DNA of 32,000 nucleotides from Mycobacterium tuberculosis H37Rv (GTDB lineage: Bacteria > Actinomycetota > Actinomycetes > Mycobacteriales > Mycobacteriaceae): the NCBI RefSeq assembly GCF_000195955.2, contig NC_000962.3, forward strand, positions 60,001 to 92,000, written 5' to 3'. The notes under the pieces were generated by a model. It had not been told where the DNA came from and made no database searches. It saw only the letters and a program-made list of their open reading frames with translations. The translations under genes and the position numbers were made by a program. Numbering within the stretch: the first letter of the stretch is position 1; each line of letters opens with the position of its first letter. Below are positions 1 to 8,619 of the stretch, one piece after another.

Positions 1-417
1 TGCGGGCGGGTGTCTTCACCGGGCCTTAACGTCAGGAAAATGTGTCTGAAAGCCAACACGCCCGGCGCGGTAACCTGGCTCGACACGCCGAAGAGATTCT
101 TGTCCACACAAACGGCGTCGCGTTGTATGGCCGTTAACAGCAGTGATGTCGTAACGGGCCGTATTGATCCACAGGTTCTCCACACCCCGCTCAACACAGA
201 CGTCGACGGATATGCACATGCGATGCACAGCTCCATAAACAGTGGCCCCTTGGAGTACTTGCCAGCAACGTTTAGCGTCTTCCCGGCGCTAGGCGATGTG
301 GGTGACTTGGGCGGTGGTGTCGGTGCGGCGACTTACGCTCTGGATAGGTTGTCGAATATGCGTTCGGGTGCTTGTGTCGGAGGAGGTGAGAGCCCATGGC
401 GGTCGTTGATGACCTAG
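1..417 (+). CDS. C-terminal part of a hypothetical protein whose start lies upstream of the window (position of Rv0057 ahead of dnaB)
   Basis: Frame 1 is open from base 1 to TAG 415-417; track ORF 10..417 is the same frame. No domain recognisable by eye. It overlaps the dnaB start by 22 nt. It looks less GC-rich than its neighbours, so coding status is uncertain. Confidence 0.4.
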
Positions 418-3020
418 CGCCCGGCATGGACTCCTCACCGCCCAGTGAAGATTACGGCCGTCAACCACCGCAGGATCTCGCCGCCGAGCAGTCCGTGCTG
501 GGCGGGATGTTGCTGAGCAAGGACGCCATCGCCGATGTACTGGAACGGCTACGGCCCGGCGATTTTTATCGTCCGGCGCATCAGAACGTCTACGACGCCA
601 TTTTGGACCTGTATGGGCGGGGAGAACCGGCTGATGCGGTGACGGTGGCCGCCGAACTGGATCGCCGTGGGCTGCTGCGCCGCATCGGCGGTGCTCCCTA
701 CCTGCACACCCTGATCTCGACGGTGCCGACGGCCGCCAACGCGGGCTACTACGCGAGCATCGTTGCCGAAAAGGCGCTGCTGCGCCGGCTGGTAGAGGCC
801 GGAACCCGGGTGGTGCAGTACGGCTATGCCGGCGCCGAAGGCGCGGATGTGGCCGAGGTGGTCGATCGCGCGCAGGCCGAAATCTACGACGTCGCGGATC
901 GGCGGCTGTCGGAAGACTTTGTGGCGCTTGAGGACCTGCTGCAACCGACGATGGACGAGATCGATGCCATCGCTTCCAGTGGCGGCCTGGCGCGCGGGGT
1001 GGCTACCGGCTTCACCGAACTCGACGAGGTCACCAACGGCCTGCATCCGGGGCAGATGGTCATCGTGGCGGCGCGCCCGGGCGTGGGAAAGTCCACCCTT
1101 GGGCTGGACTTCATGCGGTCATGCTCGATCAGGCATCGGATGGCCAGCGTCATCTTCTCGCTGGAGATGAGCAAGTCCGAGATTGTCATGCGACTGCTGT
1201 CGGCGGAGGCCAAAATCAAGCTCTCCGACATGCGTTCGGGCCGGATGAGCGATGACGACTGGACCCGGCTGGCGCGGCGGATGAGCGAAATCAGCGAAGC
1301 GCCACTGTTTATCGACGACTCGCCCAACCTGACCATGATGGAGATCCGTGCCAAGGCGCGCCGCCTGCGGCAAAAGGCCAACCTGAAGTTGATCGTGGTC
1401 GACTACCTGCAACTGATGACCTCGGGCAAGAAGTATGAATCACGGCAGGTGGAGGTGTCGGAGTTCTCGCGGCATCTGAAGCTGTTGGCAAAAGAGCTTG
1501 AGGTTCCCGTGGTCGCGATCAGCCAGCTCAACCGTGGGCCCGAGCAGCGTACCGATAAGAAACCGATGCTGGCCGACCTCAGGGAATCGGGCTGCCTGAC
1601 CGCGTCCACCAGAATCTTGCGCGCCGATACCGGCGCTGAGGTCGCCTTCGGTGAGCTCATGCGAAGCGGTGAACGTCCCATGGTGTGGTCGCTGGACGAG
1701 CGGCTGCGCATGGTGGCCCGGCCGATGATCAACGTGTTCCCGAGCGGGCGCAAGGAAGTGTTTCGGCTTCGGCTGGCTTCCGGACGCGAAGTCGAGGCCA
1801 CCGGCAGCCACCCCTTTATGAAGTTCGAAGGCTGGACTCCCTTGGCGCAGTTGAAGGTTGGTGACCGGATCGCAGCACCGCGCCGGGTACCTGAGCCCAT
1901 CGACACTCAGCGGATGCCCGAGTCTGAGCTCATTTCGCTGGCTCGCATGATCGGTGACGGGTCGTGCCTGAAGAACCAGCCGATCCGCTACGAGCCGGTG
2001 GATGAGGCGAACCTGGCCGCGGTGACGGTCTCGGCGGCGCACTCGGATAGGGCTGCGATCCGCGACGACTACCTCGCAGCTCGAGTGCCGTCGTTGCGCC
2101 CGGCGCGGCAACGACTACCGCGCGGGCGGTGCACGCCGATTGCGGCGTGGCTGGCTGGCCTAGGGCTATTCACGAAACGCAGCCACGAAAAATGCGTACC
2201 GGAGGCTGTATTTCGCGCCCCCAATGACCAGGTGGCGTTGTTTCTGCGGCATCTGTGGAGCGCTGGTGGCTCTGTTCGGTGGGATCCCACGAATGGTCAA
2301 GGCCGGGTCTACTACGGCTCAACCAGTAGGCGTCTCATCGACGATGTGGCTCAATTGCTGCTTCGGGTTGGGATTTTTTCCTGGATCACACACGCCCCAA
2401 AGTTGGGCGGCCACGATTCGTGGCGGCTGCACATTCATGGCGCGAAGGATCAGGTCAGGTTCCTTCGTCACGTCGGCGTTCACGGCGCCGAAGCGGTGGC
2501 GGCCCAAGAGATGCTGCGTCAGCTCAAAGGACCGGTTCGCAACCCGAACCTGGACAGCGCGCCGAAAAAAGTATGGGCGCAAGTCCGCAACCGACTGTCC
2601 GCCAAACAGATGATGGACATCCAGCTCCACGAACCGACGATGTGGAAGCATTCCCCGAGCCGGTCAAGGCCGCATCGCGCGGAGGCGCGGATCGAAGATC
2701 GAGCGATCCATGAGCTGGCGAGAGGCGACGCGTACTGGGACACCGTCGTGGAGATCACCAGCATTGGAGATCAACATGTTTTCGATGGGACTGTAAGCGG
2801 CACACACAATTTCGTCGCCAATGGCATTAGTTTGCACAATTCGCTGGAACAAGATGCCGACGTTGTCATCCTGCTGCATCGACCCGACGCCTTTGACCGC
2901 GACGATCCACGTGGGGGAGAAGCGGATTTCATTCTCGCCAAACACCGCAACGGTCCGACGAAGACGGTCACCGTAGCGCATCAACTGCACCTGTCACGCT
3001 TCGCCAACATGGCTCGGTGA
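396..3020 (+). CDS. dnaB: Replicative DNA helicase DnaB, interrupted in frame by an intein
   Basis: 874-aa ORF with SD GGAGGAGG just upstream of the ATG. N-terminal DnaB motif ([12 protein letters not shown]), Walker A (ARPGVGKST) and Walker B ([10 protein letters not shown]). The RecA-like C-terminus resumes after the intein ([15 protein letters not shown]...HRNGPT). Confidence 0.97.
1593..2840 (+). mobile_element. DnaB intein, 416 codons, with LAGLIDADG homing-endonuclease domain
   Basis: Begins with Cys ([12 protein letters not shown]) and ends with His-Asn followed by Ser ([11 protein letters not shown]). Two LAGLIDADG-type blocks are present ([19 protein letters not shown]). The flanking exteins join to give a contiguous DnaB sequence. 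Confidence 0.93.
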
Positions 3021-3023
3021 CAT

Positions 3024-3104
3024 GCGGATGTGTGGGGTCTCACGGAGCGTGGCCGAATCTCACGAATGATGGGGCCATCAGGGCGGACCGGTCCACGCAT
3101 CCGC
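3024..3104 (+). other. Long imperfect hairpin immediately after the dnaB stop codon, within the 179-nt dnaB-darT spacer
   Basis: GCGGATGTGTGG (3024-3035) pairs with CCACGCATCCGC (3093-3104): 12 pairs including one G-U. GGTC (3036-3039) pairs with GACC (3086-3089). Nested palindrome TGATGG/CCATCA at 3067-3080. Confidence 0.45.
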
Positions 3105-3199
3105 GGCGGCGTTGAAGTCCCCGAGCAACACGCGTCGTGGTTGATGCGTGAGATGAGTCAGATCAGGGCGACAGGACGTCGAACCAGTGGGACTAATGC

Positions 3200-3892
3200 A
3201 TGATCACCAGATACAAGCCTGAGTCGGGGTTTGTCGCCCGTAGCGGTGGTCCCGACCGGAAGCGTCCCCATGACTGGATCGTTTGGCACTTCACCCATGC
3301 CGACAATCTCCCTGGGATCATCACCGCTGGCCGTCTGCTGGCCGATTCAGCAGTCACCCCGACGACCGAGGTGGCATATAACCCAGTCAAGGAGTTGCGC
3401 CGCCACAAAGTCGTCGCCCCCGACAGCAGGTACCCGGCGTCGATGGCAAGCGATCATGTGCCGTTCTACATTGCGGCGCGGTCGCCCATGCTCTACGTCG
3501 TATGCAAGGGCCACTCCGGCTACTCCGGCGGTGCCGGCCCGCTGGTGCACCTCGGGGTGGCGCTTGGCGACATCATAGACGCGGATCTGACGTGGTGCGC
3601 CAGTGACGGCAATGCTGCAGCCAGCTACACCAAGTTCAGCCGCCAGGTCGACACGCTCGGCACCTTCGTCGACTTTGACCTGCTCTGCCAGCGGCAATGG
3701 CACAACACCGATGACGACCCCAACCGCCAGAGCCGCCGCGCCGCCGAGATCCTGGTATACGGCCATGTCCCGTTCGAGCTGGTCAGCTACGTGTGTTGCT
3801 ATAACACCGAGACGATGACACGGGTACGAACTCTGCTCGATCCTGTCGGTGGGGTGCGAAAGTATGTCATCAAGCCCGGCATGTACTACTAA
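3200..3892 (+). CDS. darT: DarT, DUF4433-family DNA ADP-ribosyltransferase toxin (Rv0059 position)
   Basis: 230-aa ORF. N-terminal WHFTHADNLPGIITAGRLLAD is typical of DUF4433/DarT. A macrodomain gene follows directly. Confidence 0.88.
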   Translation: MITRYKPESGFVARSGGPDRKRPHDWIVWHFTHADNLPGIITAGRLLADSAVTPTTEVAYNPVKELRRHKVVAPDSRYPASMASDHVPFYIAARSPMLYVVCKGHSGYSGGAGPLVHLGVALGDIIDADLTWCASDGNAAASYTKFSRQVDTLGTFVDFDLLCQRQWHNTDDDPNRQSRRAAEILVYGHVPFELVSYVCCYNTETMTRVRTLLDPVGGVRKYVIKPGMYY

Positions 3893-3908
3893 GGAAGGAG
3901 GAGGCCAT

Positions 3909-4967
3909 ATGATCACGTACGGCTCTGGCGACCTCCTTCGGGCTGACACCGAAGCGCTCGTCAACACCGTCAACTGTGTTGGGGTGATGGGCAAGGGAAT
4001 TGCGCTGCAGTTCAAACGCCGCTACCCCGAGATGTTCACCGCCTACGAAAAGGCGTGCAAACGCGGCGAAGTTACCATCGGCAAGATGTTCGTCGTCGAC
4101 ACCGGACAGCTCGACGGACCGAAACACATCATCAACTTCCCCACCAAGAAACACTGGCGTGCACCGTCGAAGCTGGCCTATATCGACGCCGGCCTCATTG
4201 ATCTCATCCGCGTGATCCGTGAACTCAACATTGCTTCTGTGGCAGTTCCCCCGCTGGGGGTGGGCAACGGAGGTCTGGATTGGGAAGATGTCGAGCAACG
4301 GCTCGTATCAGCATTCCAGCAGCTGCCCGACGTTGACGCCGTGATCTACCCCCCATCAGGTGGATCTCGCGCCATCGAGGGCGTCGAAGGACTTCGGATG
4401 ACCTGGGGGCGCGCCGTCATACTCGAAGCGATGCGGCGATATCTCCAGCAGCGCCGCGCGATGGAGCCGTGGGAAGACCCTGCAGGGATCTCGCATCTGG
4501 AGATTCAGAAGCTCATGTACTTCGCCAACGAGGCCGATCCCGATCTTGCGCTAGATTTCACGCCCGGCCGATACGGGCCATACAGCGAACGTGTCCGTCA
4601 CTTACTGCAAGGAATGGAGGGCGCATTCACAGTCGGCCTGGGTGACGGCACCGCAAGAGTTCTTGCGAACCAACCGATCTCGTTGACTACTAAGGGAACT
4701 GACGCCATAACGGACTATCTGGCCACCGATGCGGCAGCTGACCGGGTGAGCGCCGCAGTCGACACGGTGTTGCGCGTCATCGAAGGCTTTGAAGGCCCAT
4801 ACGGGGTTGAGCTGCTCGCCAGTACGCATTGGGTGGCCACACGTGAGGGCGCCAAGGAACCAGCCACGGCAGCGGCCGCGGTCCGAAAGTGGACAAAACG
4901 CAAGGGTCGGATCTACAGCGACGATCGCATCGGTGTTGCCCTCGACCGCATTCTTATGACTGCCTGA
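3909..4967 (+). CDS. darG: DarG, macrodomain antitoxin (N-terminal macrodomain plus C-terminal DarT-binding region; Rv0060 position)
   Basis: ATG at 3909 preceded by the strong SD AAGGAAGGAGGAGG, 16 nt after the darT stop. Macrodomain signature GDLLRADTEALVNTVNCVGVMGKGIALQFK...PPLGVGNGGL. 352 codons. Confidence 0.9.
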   Translation: MITYGSGDLLRADTEALVNTVNCVGVMGKGIALQFKRRYPEMFTAYEKACKRGEVTIGKMFVVDTGQLDGPKHIINFPTKKHWRAPSKLAYIDAGLIDLIRVIRELNIASVAVPPLGVGNGGLDWEDVEQRLVSAFQQLPDVDAVIYPPSGGSRAIEGVEGLRMTWGRAVILEAMRRYLQQRRAMEPWEDPAGISHLEIQKLMYFANEADPDLALDFTPGRYGPYSERVRHLLQGMEGAFTVGLGDGTARVLANQPISLTTKGTDAITDYLATDAAADRVSAAVDTVLRVIEGFEGPYGVELLASTHWVATREGAKEPATAAAAVRKWTKRKGRIYSDDRIGVALDRILMTA

Positions 4968-5011
4968 AAGCGACCGGCTCGTCGTTAAGGATGTGCGCCG
5001 ACGCCCAGCCG

Positions 5012-5350
5012 TCAGGGAGCGTTGGGCTGCTCGGACGGAATTGCCCCACCGCAACCACCCGGTGGCGGCGGGCCGGGGAGGGGCTCACCGCCGCTGACAC
5101 AATCGAAGTAAAACTGTGGGCCGGTAAACCACGTTTGCATCCACTGGTGCCAAAACGAGCCGTCGGGGTACTTCTCGCCGTCGCACACGGCCAAGTCGCC
5201 AAAACCCCATCGGCCACCCGGGCAATAGCCTTTCGTCATGTCCGGCTGATGCGGGTCAGGTGGATCTGCGCTGGCAACCGAGGCAGGAAACACAAGCGCC
5301 GCTGCACAACCCAGTATCGCAGTACTCAGGCGAGCAAACTTCAACTTCAT
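5012..5350 (-). CDS. Small exported protein of unknown function, 112 aa (Rv0061c position)
   Basis: ATG at 5350 gives MKLKFARLSTAILGCAAALVFPASVASA/DPP, a signal peptide with an ASA cleavage motif. The mature part has 4 Cys, is Trp/Gly/Pro-rich, and has a PGPPPPGG tail. Confidence 0.7.
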   Translation of the reverse strand: MKLKFARLSTAILGCAAALVFPASVASADPPDPHQPDMTKGYCPGGRWGFGDLAVCDGEKYPDGSFWHQWMQTWFTGPQFYFDCVSGGEPLPGPPPPGGCGGAIPSEQPNAP

Positions 5351-5551
5351 TTCAAACTCCGTCAAACGTTGAATCGACTCGGCGGACTCCAAGCGATGGT
5401 CAGCGCTTGCGGATGAGCCGCGGCAATGAGTCGTAGTGGGCAGACATTCCCGAGAACAGCCTGAAATCCTGTTCGGTTGATGCCGTGCCGGCATCGACGT
5501 ACCAGGACGAGGCACTGACTCGGGAAGGCACAGCCGCCGTGGCGATTGTAT

Positions 5552-6694
5552 ATGACGCGTCGGACTGGGCAGCGATGGCGCGGGACTCTGCCCGGGCGCC
5601 GGCCTTGGACACGGCCAGCGCCCGCCACCTGTCGTCGGCATTTGGCGTTTGTCGAATTGCGGCATTATTTTGCTCGGGTGATGTCATCAGCTATTGGTTC
5701 GGTCGCGCGGTGGATAGTCCCCCTCCTGGGGGTTGCAGCCGTTGCTTCCATCGGTGTTATCGCGGACCCGGTGCGGGTCGTTCGGGCCCCGGCGTTGATC
5801 CTGGTCGATGCGGCAAACCCGCTGGCCGGAAAGCCCTTCTACGTCGATCCCGCCTCGGCGGCCATGGTCGCCGCGCGCAACGCCAACCCGCCGAACGCCG
5901 AGCTGACCTCCGTCGCCAACACCCCGCAGTCCTACTGGCTCGACCAGGCATTCCCGCCGGCGACCGTCGGCGGCACGGTTGCCAGGTACACCGGAGCGGC
6001 GCAGGCGGCCGGCGCCATGCCGGTTCTGACGCTGTATGGAATCCCCCATCGCGACTGCGGTAGCTACGCATCCGGTGGGTTCGCGACGGGCACTGATTAC
6101 CGCGGGTGGATCGACGCTGTCGCATCCGGCCTGGGCTCATCGCCGGCGACGATCATCGTCGAACCCGATGCGCTGGCCATGGCCGACTGCCTGTCGCCTG
6201 ACCAGCGCCAGGAACGTTTCGACTTGGTGCGCTACGCCGTCGACACGCTGACCCGCGACCCGGCCGCTGCCGTGTACGTCGATGCGGGGCATTCGCGCTG
6301 GCTGAGCGCCGAGGCAATGGCCGCCAGGCTCAACGATGTCGGTGTGGGCCGCGCGCGCGGGTTTAGCCTCAACGTCTCGAACTTCTACACCACCGATGAG
6401 GAAATCGGCTATGGCGAGGCGATTTCGGGGCTCACGAACGGTTCGCATTACGTGATCGACACGTCGCGCAACGGCGCCGGACCCGCGCCCGACGCCCCGC
6501 TCAACTGGTGTAACCCCAGCGGCCGCGCCCTGGGCGCACCGCCCACCACGGCGACCGCGGGCGCGCACGCCGACGCTTACCTGTGGATCAAACGTCCCGG
6601 GGAATCGGACGGAACCTGCGGTCGCGGGGAGCCTCAGGCGGGTCGGTTCGTTAGCCAGTACGCCATCGATCTGGCCCACAACGCCGGCCAGTAG
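5552..6694 (+). CDS. celA1: Glycoside hydrolase family 6 cellulase (endoglucanase) CelA1
   Basis: ORF ending at 6694. The GH6 catalytic core is recognisable (LYGIPHRDCGSYASGG, IIVEPDALAM, WIKRPGESDG). Start is uncertain: 5546/5552 ATGs versus the ATG at 5681, which would give MSSAIGSVARWIVPLLGVAAVASIG as a signal/anchor. Confidence 0.88.
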   Translation: MTRRTGQRWRGTLPGRRPWTRPAPATCRRHLAFVELRHYFARVMSSAIGSVARWIVPLLGVAAVASIGVIADPVRVVRAPALILVDAANPLAGKPFYVDPASAAMVAARNANPPNAELTSVANTPQSYWLDQAFPPATVGGTVARYTGAAQAAGAMPVLTLYGIPHRDCGSYASGGFATGTDYRGWIDAVASGLGSSPATIIVEPDALAMADCLSPDQRQERFDLVRYAVDTLTRDPAAAVYVDAGHSRWLSAEAMAARLNDVGVGRARGFSLNVSNFYTTDEEIGYGEAISGLTNGSHYVIDTSRNGAGPAPDAPLNWCNPSGRALGAPPTTATAGAHADAYLWIKRPGESDGTCGRGEPQAGRFVSQYAIDLAHNAGQ

Positions 6695-6922
6695 AGACCT
6701 CACGCGCAGACCGGCTGAGCGTGCGGCCGTTGGGCCGTCGGCGTCGGGTTCGGCCAGGTGGGGTAACGGTTCGGGCACGTTTCCACTACCTCGTGACACG
6801 TCATGCGGCACCGCGGTTCGGGTGGTCGACAATGCGGGACATGACCCAAAATTCGGGGTGCTGCCGGCCCGCAGCGTCGGGCTGCGCCGCGCTGGTGACC
6901 GTCGCGAGACGGGAGCCCGACG

Positions 6923-8362
6923 TTGGCGCGTGAGATCTCACGCCAGACGTTTCTGCGGGGTGCCGCCGGAGCGTTGGCCGCCGGCGCGGTCTTCGGCTCG
7001 GTCCGGGCTACCGCGGATCCGGCTGCCTCTGGCTGGGAGGCTCTTTCTTCCGCCCTCGGAGGGAAAGTGCTACAACCGGACGACGGTCCCCAATTCGCAA
7101 CGGCCAAGCAGGTTTTCAACACCAACTACAACGGCTATACGCCGGCGGTGATCGTTACCCCGACATCGCAGCTGGACGTGCAGAAGGCGATGGCGTTCGC
7201 TGCCGCGAACAACCTCAAGGTGGCCCCACGCGGTGGCGGGCACTCCTACGTGGGGGCGTCCACGGCCAACGGCGCCATGGTGCTCGACCTACGTCAGCTA
7301 CCTGGGGACATCAACTACGACGCCACCACCGGGCGGGTCACGGTGACGCCCGCCACCGGTTTGTACGCCATGCACCAGGTGTTGGCCGCGGCCGGCCGGG
7401 GCATCCCGACCGGCACCTGCCCGACGGTCGGTGTCGCGGGACACGCGCTGGGCGGCGGGCTGGGCGCCAATTCCCGGCACGCCGGCCTGCTCTGTGACCA
7501 ATTGACGTCGGCGTCGGTGGTGCTGCCCAGCGGCCAGGCGGTCACCGCGTCCGCCACCGACCACCCCGACCTGTTCTGGGCGTTGCGCGGTGGCGGTGGC
7601 GGCAACTTCGGCGTGACAACCTCGCTGACCTTCGCGACGTTCCCCAGCGGGGACCTCGACGTCGTGAACCTCAATTTCCCACCGCAGTCGTTCGCGCAGG
7701 TTCTGGTCGGTTGGCAGAATTGGCTGCGAACCGCCGACCGAGGCAGCTGGGCACTGGCCGATGCCACCGTCGACCCGCTGGGCACGCATTGCCGCATCCT
7801 TGCGACCTGCCCGGCCGGGTCGGGCGGCAGCGTGGCGGCCGCCATCGTTTCGGCCGTCGGAACGCAACCGACCGGCACCGAAAACCACACGTTCAACTAT
7901 CTGGACCTGGTCAGATATCTGGCCGTCGGGAACCTCAACCCGTCGCCGCTGGGATATGTCGGCGGATCCGATGTCTTCACGACGATCACTCCGGCGACCG
8001 CCCAGGGAATCGCCTCGGCGGTCGACGCCTTTCCGCGTGGAGCGGGCCGCATGTTGGCGATCATGCACGCCCTCGACGGCGCGCTCGCCACTGTGTCACC
8101 GGGGGCCACGGCCTTCCCGTGGCGTCGGCAGTCGGCGCTGGTGCAGTGGTACGTCGAAACATCCGGCTCCCCGTCGGAAGCGACTAGCTGGCTCAACACC
8201 GCACATCAAGCGGTGCGAGCGTATTCGGTTGGCGGCTATGTGAACTATCTCGAGGTAAACCAACCGCCGGCACGTTACTTTGGCCCGAATCTGTCCCGGC
8301 TGAGCGCAGTACGTCAGAAGTATGACCCCAGCCGGGTCATGTTCTCCGGGCTGAACTTCTAG
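6923..8362 (+). CDS. FAD-linked oxidase of the berberine-bridge-enzyme/VAO family with a Tat-like signal (Rv0063 position)
   Basis: 479-aa ORF with a TTG start. N-terminus SRQTFLRGAAGALAAGAVFG resembles a Tat signal. The PRGGGHSY motif matches the covalent-FAD histidine site. C-terminal BBE-like YVNY...DPSRVF. Confidence 0.88.
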   Translation: MAREISRQTFLRGAAGALAAGAVFGSVRATADPAASGWEALSSALGGKVLQPDDGPQFATAKQVFNTNYNGYTPAVIVTPTSQLDVQKAMAFAAANNLKVAPRGGGHSYVGASTANGAMVLDLRQLPGDINYDATTGRVTVTPATGLYAMHQVLAAAGRGIPTGTCPTVGVAGHALGGGLGANSRHAGLLCDQLTSASVVLPSGQAVTASATDHPDLFWALRGGGGGNFGVTTSLTFATFPSGDLDVVNLNFPPQSFAQVLVGWQNWLRTADRGSWALADATVDPLGTHCRILATCPAGSGGSVAAAIVSAVGTQPTGTENHTFNYLDLVRYLAVGNLNPSPLGYVGGSDVFTTITPATAQGIASAVDAFPRGAGRMLAIMHALDGALATVSPGATAFPWRRQSALVQWYVETSGSPSEATSWLNTAHQAVRAYSVGGYVNYLEVNQPPARYFGPNLSRLSAVRQKYDPSRVMFSGLNF

Positions 8363-8423
8363 CAGCCCCGCATGAGTACTAGCCCCTAGGACGGGCCATC
8401 CTCGTCTACCCTGGGAAGTGATC

Positions 8424-8579
8424 ATGGAACTTTCCGTGTCTGTTATCGCGGGGTTGGTCATCGCACTGCTGGCGGCCATCACCCCTGCTGCGGGCGAACG
8501 CCCGGAAAGCCGCCGCCAGGCGCTCGCAAATGCCGCCGAGGCCGGGGAGCATCCGGCCACATCACCGTTGCGACGGTAG
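8424..8579 (+). CDS. Candidate 51-codon small membrane protein (below the 60-aa track cutoff)
   Basis: ATG 8424 to TAG 8577-8579: MELSVSVIAGLVIALLAAITPAAGERPESRRQALANAAEAGEHPATSPLRR. One clear TM helix followed by a charged tail. Weak SD (GGGAAG). GC3 about 70 percent by hand count. Ends 40 nt before the Rv0064 ATG. Confidence 0.3.
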   Translation: MELSVSVIAGLVIALLAAITPAAGERPESRRQALANAAEAGEHPATSPLRR

Positions 8580-8619
8580 CCGATTCGTCGCGATACGGCT
8601 GTGGAGTTAGGAGGCGCGG

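Noticed and set aside
3849-3908. 20-codon N-terminal extension of darG (track start 3849)
   Set aside because: It would overlap the darT 3' end. The ATG at 3909 has a very strong SD and begins exactly at the macrodomain.
5479-5495. Hairpin GATGCCG-TGC-CGGCATC in the Rv0061c/celA1 spacer
   Set aside because: A 7-bp stem with a 3-nt loop, unsupported by any other signal. It is plausible by chance in GC-rich DNA.
5351-5665. 217-aa extension of the small secreted protein ORF
   Set aside because: The extension is Pro/Arg-rich and would bury the signal peptide internally. The ATG at 5350 puts the signal peptide at the N-terminus.
6137-8068. 231-aa, 256-aa and 193-aa minus-strand ORFs over celA1 and the FAD oxidase gene
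   Set aside because: They are antisense shadows of genes with clear family signatures. Their composition is Arg/Gly/Pro-biased.
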